Source of the DNA: Candidatus Bathyarchaeota archaeon
GTDB taxonomy: Archaea > Thermoproteota > Bathyarchaeia > Hecatellales > Hecatellaceae
Direction of reading: 5' to 3'
DNA: 64,000 bases
NCBI GenBank assembly: GCA_052246995.1
Contig: JBQPWD010000003.1
Span: 1 to 64,000 of the forward strand
This document shows, piece after piece, positions 20,374 through 32,828 of this stretch. Position numbers and translations under genes: made by a program. The notes under the pieces are model-generated. The model saw only the letters and a program-made list of their open reading frames with translations. It made no database searches and was not told the DNA's origin. Numbering within the stretch: the stretch's first letter is position 1; every line of letters starts with the position of its first letter.

Positions 20374-20745
20374 TTAAACTCTCTCAATGTTTAAATGTTT
20401 AAGCTTAAGCAGTTTTCCGATGCTTCTTATATCTCGAAGAGATATGTTCTTCCAAGATATTCTACCTTGAAGAACATCGTGCACTCTAACCTTTCTTTCC
20501 TCAATAATTCTCTGAAAAACCTCCTTACATGTTTCAATGTATATGTCCTTCAAAGGGTTTTGAGGTGAAGTCTCAAGCACAATTCCCTCATCCCTAAAAT
20601 GAAAAACGTAGGTTGCATCATCAGTAATGTTTAAAGTTATGCTTCTTCCCTTATACCTGTTAAAAACCTCCCTAATCTCGGGTAGAAAAATGTACTTTTC
20701 ATTAAATCTTTTAACAGCCTTACCCAAAATTTCGTTAAAAGCCAT
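20374..20745 (-). CDS. Hypothetical protein, SCP2 (sterol carrier protein 2)-like
   Basis: Size and the pattern ITLNIT..ATYVFHF....I...DIYIE...EVF.RII....V...VLQGRI resemble the SCP2 fold. Confidence 0.45.
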   Translation of the reverse strand: MAFNEILGKAVKRFNEKYIFLPEIREVFNRYKGRSITLNITDDATYVFHFRDEGIVLETSPQNPLKDIYIETCKEVFQRIIEERKVRVHDVLQGRISWKNISLRDIRSIGKLLKLKHLNIERV

Positions 20746-20781
20746 TGTACGGTATTTAACTTAAAAACTTTAAAATAAAGT

Positions 20782-21663
20782 TTATGTTAAAATTGTTTGG
20801 CCTTGAAGACCAGCTGAACCATCGCAAATGGTTGTGTTAAGCTGCGGAAAACCCTCCCTACAAGAGGAGAAATGCAATCCCTCATCCAAAACTATACTTC
20901 TAAGCTTACTAATAATTTTAAATCTAAATTCGTCTGGAAGATACCTGTAACCTGCAATTTGCTTTCCACTTCTATAGATAGACTCTATTTTTTCAGAAAG
21001 CTTCGGGTTAACCTTTCTAAGTTTAGCAAAAAAACCTTTTACTGGTTTAAGTGTTGAAACCACTACCTGCTTAACCCCAACACTTTTTAAGGTTAAAACA
21101 AGCCTTCTAAAATCGTTTTCATTATCATTTACCCATGGAATTACCGGGTCTACTCTTGCAACAACAGGTAAACCTTTTTTGGCTGCAAACTCTAAGGCTT
21201 TAACTCTTTTTTCTGGTGTAGGTGCGTAAGACTCAAAAGTTTTGGCTACATCTTCTTTAAGAGTTGTTACCGTAACTGATACTACACTTCTAGTTTTTGT
21301 TAAAACATCCAAATCTCTAAGAAACAAATCAGACTTTGTAACAACAAGCACCGAGAATCCATGTTTAGCCAAAATTTTTAAACATTTTCTGGTTAAACCT
21401 AAATTCTCCTCTATTGGTTGATAAGGATCTGTTGAATCGCTTAACATAACGTAAAGTCTAAGCTTAGTTTTTTCAGCAACTTTTTCCAAGATTTCTGGGA
21501 GATTTTCTCTAGGCTTGACTGGACCGTTAAAAGACGGAAACTTTACGGCATAACAGTATAAGCATCCATGCATACACCTTCCAAGATAAGGATTTAAGTT
21601 ATATTTTGGCGGGCATGTACAGTAAGCTTTCCTTACAAGGTTAAATCTTGGAAGGTATCTCAT
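20782..21663 (-). CDS. Radical SAM protein, SPL-like / Rv2578c-type
   Basis: LNPY..RCMHGCLYCYA, DSTDPYQP.E, TKSDL..RDLD. Confidence 0.88.
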   Translation of the reverse strand: MRYLPRFNLVRKAYCTCPPKYNLNPYLGRCMHGCLYCYAVKFPSFNGPVKPRENLPEILEKVAEKTKLRLYVMLSDSTDPYQPIEENLGLTRKCLKILAKHGFSVLVVTKSDLFLRDLDVLTKTRSVVSVTVTTLKEDVAKTFESYAPTPEKRVKALEFAAKKGLPVVARVDPVIPWVNDNENDFRRLVLTLKSVGVKQVVVSTLKPVKGFFAKLRKVNPKLSEKIESIYRSGKQIAGYRYLPDEFRFKIISKLRSIVLDEGLHFSSCREGFPQLNTTICDGSAGLQGQTILT

Positions 21664-21831
21664 TTTCCCTCAGGCTTTCAAGCTTTTTGACAACTTACTC
21701 CACAGCCAAAATAGCGCTTTCTCGTCAAACTTTTTAAACTTTAATGTTAATTTTAGCTTTTTAAGCTAGCCTAAAAGCAACTATTCTTAAATTTTATAAC
21801 AGATACCTTTTAAATAGGTGTTTAAAGGTCT

Positions 21832-22440
21832 TTGGGCGGGTTAGAGTATCTTAAAAAAGCTGTTGATGAAATAGTTGAATCTTTATCAAAATCACTAAAA
21901 AACATAGATGAGGAACAGGTATCCAAGCTTATAGATATTCTTTTAAAGGCTAAAGAAAGGAATAAAAAAATTCTTCTTGTTGGTGCAGGTAGAAGTGGTC
22001 TTGTTGGTAGAGCCTTTGCTATGAGGCTTATGCATCTAAATTTTAACGTTCATGTTGTAGGTGAAACAATAACGCCTGCTGTTGAGGAAGATGACATTTT
22101 ACTTGCAGTTTCAGGTTCAGGCACAACAACAACGGTTGTTACAGCTGCAAAAATAGCTAAAAAAGTTAAGGCTAGGGTTGTGGCGATAACATCGTATCCA
22201 CGTTCACCTCTTGGAAGATGTTCAGACCATATTGTAGTTATCCATGGAAGAACTAAGATTGCAGGCAAGAAAGACTATTTTTCAAGGCAAATTTTGGGGG
22301 TGCATGAACCATTAGCCCCCCTAGGAACACTTTTTGAAGCCGTCACTTCAATATTTTTTGATGCATTAATAGTTGAACTTATGCATCGGCTGGGAAAAAC
22401 GGAGGAAGAGCTTAAAAAAAGACATGCAACCATCGAATAA
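21832..22440 (+). CDS. hxlB: 6-phospho-3-hexuloisomerase (SIS domain)
   Basis: GAGRSGLVGRAFAMRLMHL, VGETITP, SGSG.T, APLGTLFE, C-terminal RHATIE. Confidence 0.93.
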   Translation: MGGLEYLKKAVDEIVESLSKSLKNIDEEQVSKLIDILLKAKERNKKILLVGAGRSGLVGRAFAMRLMHLNFNVHVVGETITPAVEEDDILLAVSGSGTTTTVVTAAKIAKKVKARVVAITSYPRSPLGRCSDHIVVIHGRTKIAGKKDYFSRQILGVHEPLAPLGTLFEAVTSIFFDALIVELMHRLGKTEEELKKRHATIE

Positions 22441-22546
22441 CATTCACCTTCAATGGTGAAGCTAAACTTAAAGTTTTAAGTAGCATATTCCTTAAATAAT
22501 TGTTTTAATGTTTTTAAGCTGTAAAAATGCTTGAAGGTTTACGGCT

Positions 22547-24736
22547 ATGCCAAAATTTAAAACTACGAGTGAAATACTAAAAATTGTTCAAAACCTAGAT
22601 CACGTTAGAAATGCTGGAATTATTGCTCATGTTGACCATGGTAAAACAACCCTTACGGATTCACTACTCTCAGCTGCAGGTTTACTTTCACCTTCAGTTG
22701 CAGGTACCGCCTTAGCTTTAGACTATCTTGAAGAGGAACAAAAAAGACAGATGACCATTAAAGCTGCAAACATAAGCCTTTACTACGAGATCAACGGTAA
22801 ACCTTATGTGATAAACCTTATTGACACACCTGGCCACGTTGACTTTTCAGGTAAAGTTACCAGGTCTCTTAGGGCTATTGATGGTTGTGTAGTTGTGGTT
22901 GATGCTGTTGAAGAGGTTATGGTTCAAACTGAAACTGTTACAAGGCAGGCATTGGAAGAGAGGGTGAGACCAACATTATTTGTTAATAAAATTGATAGGC
23001 TTATAAAAGAGCTTAGATTGTCGTCAAAAGAGGTTCAAAATAAGCTTTTAAGAATTATTAGGGAGTTTAACGATTTGATAGAGCTTTATGCTGAACCTCA
23101 GTTTAGGGATAAATGGAAAGTAAACCCTGCGGAGGGAACTGTAGCTTTTGGTTCAGCTAAAGATAGATGGGGGTTTACAACAACCATAGCTCAGGAAAAG
23201 GGGATAAGGTTTTCTGATGTAGTTTCAGCGTATGAGCAGGGTAACGTTAAAGAGCTTGTTGAAAATGCACCCTTACATGAAGCTGTTATTGAAATGATTA
23301 TTAACCATATTCCCCCACCTCATGTAGCTCAAAAATATAGAATACCTAAGATTTGGCGTGGAGATCTTGAAAGCGATGCTGGACAGGCAATGTTAAACTG
23401 CGACCCTAACGGTCCTGCAATTATGTGTGTTACAAACGTTGTTGTTGACCCTCAAGCAGGTGTTGTTGCAACAGGTAGACTTTTCTCAGGAACCGTTAAA
23501 ACAGGTGAGATTGTACATCTTGTTGGCGCAAAAGATACTGGAAGGATACAGGAGGTATGTATTTACATGGGTCAGTTTAGAGATGTTGTTGGTATGCTTC
23601 CATGTGGAAATATTCCTGCACTTTTAGGTTTAGATAAAGCTAGAGCAGGAGAAACAATAGCATCAATTAAAGATGTTATCCCGTTTGAACAGCTTCAATA
23701 TGTTAGTGAGCCAGTTGTAACCATTGCAATTGAACCTAAATTCAGCCGAGACCTGCCTAGGCTTGTAGATTTCCTTAGAAAGCTTTCAATCGAAGATCCT
23801 AACCTTGTTGTAAAAATTAACGAGGAAACTGGAGAATACCTTATATCAGGTATGGGTCAGCTTCATTTGGAAATTGCTACAACATGGATCCAAAAAGCTG
23901 GACTTGAAATTGTAACATCTAAACCTATAGTTCTTTACAGGGAGACTGTAAGAGGGGTGGGCCAGGTTTTTGAGGGTAAATCTCCCAACAAACATAATAG
24001 GATTTATGTTAAGGTTGAACCTCTAGAACCTGAGATAATCGAGCTTATACGTAAAGGTGAAATTACGGATTACACTCCACATCATGTTATAGCTAAAATT
24101 TTAAGGGAGCACGGTTGGGATGCCGATGAAGCTAGAGGTGTTTGGAGGATAAGTGAACACTGCAATATTCTAACAGATGTAACTAAGGGTATTCAAAGAC
24201 TTGATGTTGTAAAAGACTCTATAATTTCAGCTTTCAACTGGAGTATTGAGGAGGGACCATTAGCTTATGAGGTGATTAGAGGGGTTAAAGTTAAACTTGT
24301 TGATGCACAAATCCATGAGGACCCTGTACATACAGGTCCCGCTCAAATAATGCCTGCAACACGCAGATCGCTTTATGCAAGCTTTTTATCTGCAAATCCA
24401 ACCCTACTTGAGCCAATTTTAAAGGTTAATGTTAAAGTTCCATCAGAGCAGGTTGGAAATGTAACTAAGATTGTTGTGGGACGCAGAGGAAAAATAATTT
24501 CACTTGAACAGAAAGAACATATGATGTATGTTGTTGGAGAGATGCCTACATCTGAAACTTTTGACCTTTCAGAGGTTATGAGAAGCGCTACCGCTGGAAG
24601 AGCTTTTTGGGGTACAGAATTTTACAAGTGGGAGCCTGTACCGTCATCAATGGTTGATTCTCTTATAAGGGAAATTAGAAAGCGTAAAGGTTTATCTCCA
24701 GAACCACCATCAATAGAAGATTTCGTAGAAAGATAG
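22547..24736 (+). CDS. fusA: Translation elongation factor EF-2 (archaeal) or EF-2 paralogue
   Basis: AHVDHGKTT, DTPGHVDF, NKID, GMGQLHLE, SPNKHN, HEDPVHTGPAQ; 729 aa. Confidence 0.95.
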   Translation: MPKFKTTSEILKIVQNLDHVRNAGIIAHVDHGKTTLTDSLLSAAGLLSPSVAGTALALDYLEEEQKRQMTIKAANISLYYEINGKPYVINLIDTPGHVDFSGKVTRSLRAIDGCVVVVDAVEEVMVQTETVTRQALEERVRPTLFVNKIDRLIKELRLSSKEVQNKLLRIIREFNDLIELYAEPQFRDKWKVNPAEGTVAFGSAKDRWGFTTTIAQEKGIRFSDVVSAYEQGNVKELVENAPLHEAVIEMIINHIPPPHVAQKYRIPKIWRGDLESDAGQAMLNCDPNGPAIMCVTNVVVDPQAGVVATGRLFSGTVKTGEIVHLVGAKDTGRIQEVCIYMGQFRDVVGMLPCGNIPALLGLDKARAGETIASIKDVIPFEQLQYVSEPVVTIAIEPKFSRDLPRLVDFLRKLSIEDPNLVVKINEETGEYLISGMGQLHLEIATTWIQKAGLEIVTSKPIVLYRETVRGVGQVFEGKSPNKHNRIYVKVEPLEPEIIELIRKGEITDYTPHHVIAKILREHGWDADEARGVWRISEHCNILTDVTKGIQRLDVVKDSIISAFNWSIEEGPLAYEVIRGVKVKLVDAQIHEDPVHTGPAQIMPATRRSLYASFLSANPTLLEPILKVNVKVPSEQVGNVTKIVVGRRGKIISLEQKEHMMYVVGEMPTSETFDLSEVMRSATAGRAFWGTEFYKWEPVPSSMVDSLIREIRKRKGLSPEPPSIEDFVER

Positions 24737-24821
24737 CAAAATCATCGCCTTTATTAATTCCAGCTTAAATTTTGTTGGAGAAGTTTTTCTTATGAAGGTA
24801 TAACGAATGTTTATGTTAAAT

Positions 24822-25565
24822 TTAAACGTAGAATGTTGACGTTAAAGCTAAGATTACTCCGCAGATAAAGAGTAAATCAACTTTCCCGAACCTACTAACA
24901 TAAATATTTGCCTTAGGCTTTTTCACCCCGTAACACCTTACTTCAAGAGCTTCAGCAACCTCAAAACTTTTCTTGACTGCTTTAACCATTAAAGGTGTAA
25001 GCATAGAAGCCATGTTTTTTACTCTTAAAACTATGTTGCCTTTTTCAAGCTCAACTCCTCTTGAACGTTGAGCCTCATATACTTCTTGAAACTCGTATGT
25101 TAAGATGGGTATAAATCTTAAAGCTATTGTTAAAGCTAAGCTGAAACTGTAAGGGATAAATTTTACCTGCTGAATTGACGTTGTAAATGCCTCTGGAGGG
25201 GTTGAAAGGTAAAAGAACGTGAAAGCTGAAATTAGAATTATAAACTTTAATGTTAAGGTAACAGGGCTCTCCATTAGAATTTTTAAACTAACATATTCTC
25301 CTGAGAAGTATACGTGTAAAACCTCAACAATAAAGATTAAGGATATAAGTATTGCAAAGCTTTTTAGCATTTTTAGCCATTCAATCAAAAGTTTACCTAA
25401 AAAGTTTATCATAAAAATTAGAAGGAAAAGAAGAATCAGAACCTTAAAATTTGAGGTAAATATCGCATACAAACCTATAACCGATGAGGTAAGAAATTTT
25501 GCTCTAGGATCCAGCTGGAAAAGTGGTGACTCTCTTTTAGGCGTTAGAAGCTTGTAAACCATCAA
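24822..25565 (-). CDS. ecfT: ECF transporter transmembrane T component
   Basis: LDPRAK, ALRFIP, AQRSRG, ALEVRCY. Confidence 0.9.
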   Translation of the reverse strand: MMVYKLLTPKRESPLFQLDPRAKFLTSSVIGLYAIFTSNFKVLILLFLLIFMINFLGKLLIEWLKMLKSFAILISLIFIVEVLHVYFSGEYVSLKILMESPVTLTLKFIILISAFTFFYLSTPPEAFTTSIQQVKFIPYSFSLALTIALRFIPILTYEFQEVYEAQRSRGVELEKGNIVLRVKNMASMLTPLMVKAVKKSFEVAEALEVRCYGVKKPKANIYVSRFGKVDLLFICGVILALTSTFYV

Positions 25566-26389
25566 GAAATTTTTAGCCCCTTAAACTTTTCCATCAAAAA
25601 CTTTTTTGCCTTATTTAATGTAAAAACTTTCTTTGGAGGATTTAGCTCTTTAAGCATATAACACAGCCTTACAATTTCAGGCTCTTCAAGATTAGCTTCT
25701 GAGAGAAGGTTGGTTTTTTCCAGTACTTCTTCAACTTTACCCTCCGCGACAATTCTACCTTTGGACATTAAAACCGCCTTGCAATCTAATTCTGTAATAA
25801 ACTCTACATCATGGGTTGCAATAATAACTGTTTTATTCTTAGACGTTAGCTTTCCTATGATTTCTTGAAGCCTTAACTTTTCATCATAATCCTGCCATAA
25901 TGTAGGTTCATCTAAAACAAGGTATTTAGGGTTCCATGCAAGAACACATGCTATCGCCAACCTTCTTTTTTCACCCTCACTGAGCTTAAAAGGTATAGAT
26001 GTCTTAACATTTTCAAGGTTTAGGAGTTTTAAAACCTCCTCAACTCTTTCAGTTATAAGGTTTTTAGGATAATTAAAATTTTTTAAACCATATGCAACCT
26101 CATCCCATACAGTTTCACAAAAAAACTGGCTTTCCGGGTTTTGAAAAACTATTCCAATCTTCCTTGAAAGCTCAGCAACGCTTACCCTTTTAGTATCTAA
26201 ATCGTCAACAACAACCCTACCTTTAGATGGCTTTAAAAGCCCATTTAAATGTTTAATAAGTGTTGTTTTTCCAGCTCCATTTTCCCCCATGATGGCTAAA
26301 ACCACACCTTCCATAATTTCCAAGTTAACGTTAATTAAGGCCTGGATACCAGTGTGATATTGAAAGCAAACATTTTCTAGCTTAATCAA
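25562..26389 (-). CDS. ecfA2: ECF transporter ATPase
   Basis: GENGAGKTT, VFQNPE.QFF, LDEPT, THD. Confidence 0.88.
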   Translation of the reverse strand: MIKLENVCFQYHTGIQALINVNLEIMEGVVLAIMGENGAGKTTLIKHLNGLLKPSKGRVVVDDLDTKRVSVAELSRKIGIVFQNPESQFFCETVWDEVAYGLKNFNYPKNLITERVEEVLKLLNLENVKTSIPFKLSEGEKRRLAIACVLAWNPKYLVLDEPTLWQDYDEKLRLQEIIGKLTSKNKTVIIATHDVEFITELDCKAVLMSKGRIVAEGKVEEVLEKTNLLSEANLEEPEIVRLCYMLKELNPPKKVFTLNKAKKFLMEKFKGLKIS

Positions 26390-27251
26390 TCAAAATCCTC
26401 CTTAACCTATTAGCTAACTCCTCAACAGTTAAAGATACAGGATAGCTGAGCAAGCCCTCCTCAACAAGTTCTTGATGAAGTTTTACGGCTTTAGGGATGT
26501 TTAAACCAGTGCTTACAAGATTCTTGTTAGAAAAAATTTTTCTAGGGTTGTCGTCGGCAACTATTCTTCCATCTTTACTCATAATTAAAACTCTGTTTAC
26601 ATGGTTAAGAAGAAGGTTAAGCTTATGTTCAACAATAATGACTGTAATTTTAAGTTTTCTGTTAATTTCAACTAAATTATTTATTAAACTTCTGGCTGAA
26701 AATGGGTCTAAAAGGGATGTAGGTTCGTCAAGAACAAGTACGCTCGGAGTCATAGCTAAAATGCAGGCTAAAACAACTTTTTGTTTTTCGCCTGATGAAA
26801 GCTCTTTGACGTTTCTTTCCCTTAAATTTTTTAAGTTTAAAAGGTTTAAAACCCAATCAACTCTACATTTAACCTCATCTAACGGTAAACCTAAATTGGT
26901 AACCCCAAAAGCAACTTCTCCCCCAACTGTAAAGGAAAAGAGCTGAGTTTCAGGGTTTTGTCCAATAAAACCAACATGCTGAGCAACTTCTCTAACAGAA
27001 TGCTTAGTTACATCAAAACCTGCAACTTCAACCCTGCCTTCAAATTTTCCACCATAAAAGTTGGGTATTAAGCCGATTAAGCATTTACATAAAGTTGACT
27101 TACCACAACCTGATGGTCCACAGATTAAGATAAACTCTCCTCTTCTAACCTTAAAATGTAAATTATTTAGGGTTGGATTAATATTTCCAGGGTAAGTGTA
27201 GGTTAAATCTTTAACTTTAATAATTTCTTCATCTAAACTTAAATTACTCAT
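26382..27251 (-). CDS. ecfA1: ECF transporter ATPase
   Basis: GPSGCGKST, QNPETQLF, LDEPTSLLDP, EH. Confidence 0.88.
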   Translation of the reverse strand: MSNLSLDEEIIKVKDLTYTYPGNINPTLNNLHFKVRRGEFILICGPSGCGKSTLCKCLIGLIPNFYGGKFEGRVEVAGFDVTKHSVREVAQHVGFIGQNPETQLFSFTVGGEVAFGVTNLGLPLDEVKCRVDWVLNLLNLKNLRERNVKELSSGEKQKVVLACILAMTPSVLVLDEPTSLLDPFSARSLINNLVEINRKLKITVIIVEHKLNLLLNHVNRVLIMSKDGRIVADDNPRKIFSNKNLVSTGLNIPKAVKLHQELVEEGLLSYPVSLTVEELANRLRRILID

Positions 27252-28297
27252 CTAGGCTTAGCTTCTCCTTCCTCGATTTTTAACCTTAAAATCTTCACAA
27301 TCTCATTCAAAACATCTTGAAGCTTTCCTGAAACATTTAAACCTGCTGAGGTTGAATGTCCTCCACCCATACCTAAAAATTTTTCGCCAATGTAAAATGC
27401 TACATCTCGACCAAGATGTACACTTGTTTTCTCCTGAAAGTTTCTGGTTGACCTTAAACTAACTTTAATCTCCCCCTTTTTCTCACCACCAACAATAGCA
27501 ACATCACAGCCTAAGCTAACAAGAGTTCTTGCAGTTGATGCTTGATAAGAGCTTACATGTGTACAGCCTATAATCCATCCTTTAACTTCAAAAATCTGAA
27601 GTCTTTGAAGAGCTTTAAGTTTGGCTATTTTTTCAGACTTATCTATAGGCTGAATCATAAGGTTAAAAATTTCATCAAGACTTACTCCATAATCTAAAAG
27701 TTCAGCTGATGTTCTAAGCGTTTTAGATGAAGCATAACGGAAACCTTTTGTTTCATAAACTATTCCTGCAAGCAAACCCCAAGCATCATCCTTAGAAAGC
27801 TTAACTTTAATATTTTTACAAATACTGTAAACAATCTCGCATGTTGAAGATGCTTCAGGGTTAACAAGCATTAGGTAGGCTTTTTCCACGGTTTTTGGGT
27901 GAGGCTCATGGTGGTCTAAAACTATTAAAGGTTTACCTAACTTTTCTAAGCTTTCCCCCCACATGTCAAGCTGTTTAAAGGTACTTGTATCAACAAAAAT
28001 TACTAAATCGGTTTTTTCTAGGCTTGCCTCCACATTAAAGGGGATTGGAACCTTAAGCATTAAAGCCTTAGAAATTTTACTTACATTCTGGTCAACAACA
28101 ATTTCACAATTAACCTTAGGGTTTAGGTGTTTAACAAGTTTAAATGTTAAATAGGCAGAGTAGATAGCGTCAGGGTCAGCATTATGGTGGCAGAAAATTG
28201 TACAAAACTTTACGTTTTTGCCTCTAACAATCTTCTTAAATTTTTTAATAGCTTTCTTGTTTATATATCCTAAAAACATTGAAAAGGACTTTTTCAT
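27248..28297 (-). CDS. DHH/DHHA1 family phosphoesterase
   Basis: HHNADPDA, VDT, LDHH, SLRS, GGGH..SAG. Confidence 0.9.
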   Translation of the reverse strand: MKKSFSMFLGYINKKAIKKFKKIVRGKNVKFCTIFCHHNADPDAIYSAYLTFKLVKHLNPKVNCEIVVDQNVSKISKALMLKVPIPFNVEASLEKTDLVIFVDTSTFKQLDMWGESLEKLGKPLIVLDHHEPHPKTVEKAYLMLVNPEASSTCEIVYSICKNIKVKLSKDDAWGLLAGIVYETKGFRYASSKTLRTSAELLDYGVSLDEIFNLMIQPIDKSEKIAKLKALQRLQIFEVKGWIIGCTHVSSYQASTARTLVSLGCDVAIVGGEKKGEIKVSLRSTRNFQEKTSVHLGRDVAFYIGEKFLGMGGGHSTSAGLNVSGKLQDVLNEIVKILRLKIEEGEAKPR

Positions 28298-28351
28298 TAA
28301 CCTCGATAAAAAATTAGCTTAGCCTAAATTTAACTTTAAGAAGCATTTTTA

Positions 28352-28711
28352 CTACATCAACTTTTGTTCTCTTAATCTGGCTTGAACTTGTTGTTGAATT
28401 TCTCTAAGCCTTTCTCTTGTTCTCTCCTCTTGTTTACCCAACACTGAAGCTCTCACGGTTAGAAGTTCTCTTCTTTCGGTTAACTCTTTAATAATGGTTT
28501 CCTTATCTCTCCTAACAAGGAACGCACCAATAGCTTGGTATACTGGATTCTCATTGGGCATCTTTTTAATTTCTTCTAAAGCTTTATCAACATCTGTAAG
28601 TTCAACCTCAACCTGCTGTTTTTGGGCTACTATAACTTGAAGTGTTTGTTGAAGCTGTTGAAGTTTTGCAAGTTCTTCTTGAATGTTTGGTGGGACTTCT
28701 ACATCGCTCAA
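28352..28711 (-). CDS. pfdB: Prefoldin beta subunit
   Basis: Coiled coils flanking the VYQAIGAFLV hairpin; 119 aa. Confidence 0.93.
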   Translation of the reverse strand: MSDVEVPPNIQEELAKLQQLQQTLQVIVAQKQQVEVELTDVDKALEEIKKMPNENPVYQAIGAFLVRRDKETIIKELTERRELLTVRASVLGKQEERTRERLREIQQQVQARLREQKLM

Positions 28712-29175
28712 CTTTCATACCAACCTCTATAACTAAAACCTAGTTGGGTTTAGTTAAATTAAAGCTTTTTCATTCCAAGTTTTGTTAAACTCTCGGCTTA
28801 CCTGTTCCTGGTTTTATGCTTTTTTTGGTGAAATTATTGTAGGTGTAAATGTTTTGTTTAGGCTTGTTTATGTTCACTATCCATTTTAGGTTTTCCCGTG
28901 GGCTATATACCTGCAGTTTTAATGAGTTTTCTACTTAGGGTTAACCTTAAACATAAACAGAACTTTACTTTGCGCAATGTTCACCAGTCTGATAAGAAAG
29001 TGTTAAAACGTTTAAACGCTGTAAGGCTGAGAAGTTTACAGAATAGTAGCACTGTTAAACTAAAAGTTTATTAATCTCTACTACGTTTGGGTTGATTTGA
29101 CGTCCAGTCGGATGGTTATGGTCGGCTACTTTTTAAACACCACTAATATTAACAGGATACTAAAATTATGCTGGG

Positions 29176-29463
29176 TTGAAGTTTATGAGTGCTAGCGAAG
29201 ATAAGGGTAAAAAAGATAAGAAAGCTGATTTTGACATATTTGAACATGAACTTGTGCCGAAGCATATTATACTTTCAAAAGAAGAAGCTGAGGAGTTGCT
29301 TAAAAAATATAGAATTAAGCCTTCACAACTTCCAAAAATTAAAGATACCGACCCCGCTGCCAAGGCTTTAGGTGCTAAACCTGGAGACATCATAAAGATT
29401 ATAAGAAAAAGCCCAACAGCGGGTTTAGCGGAATACTATAGATATGTAACTACTGAGAGGTAG
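29176..29463 (+). CDS. rpoH: RNA polymerase subunit H (Rpo5)
   Basis: [28 protein letters not shown]...YYR.V. Confidence 0.97.
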   Translation: MKFMSASEDKGKKDKKADFDIFEHELVPKHIILSKEEAEELLKKYRIKPSQLPKIKDTDPAAKALGAKPGDIIKIIRKSPTAGLAEYYRYVTTER

Positions 29464-29468
29464 GGGAA

Positions 29469-32827
<3,359 letters not shown>

Positions 32828-32828
<1 letters not shown>

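Noticed and set aside
21670-21728. Minus-strand TTGACGA ... CTGA at C/D-sRNA-like spacing upstream of the radical SAM gene
   Set aside because: There are no convincing internal D'/C' boxes and the C box is imperfect, so it is too weak to call.
28975-29030. Two CTGA motifs in the pfdB-rpoH gap
   Set aside because: No matching RUGAUGA-like C boxes at suitable distances.
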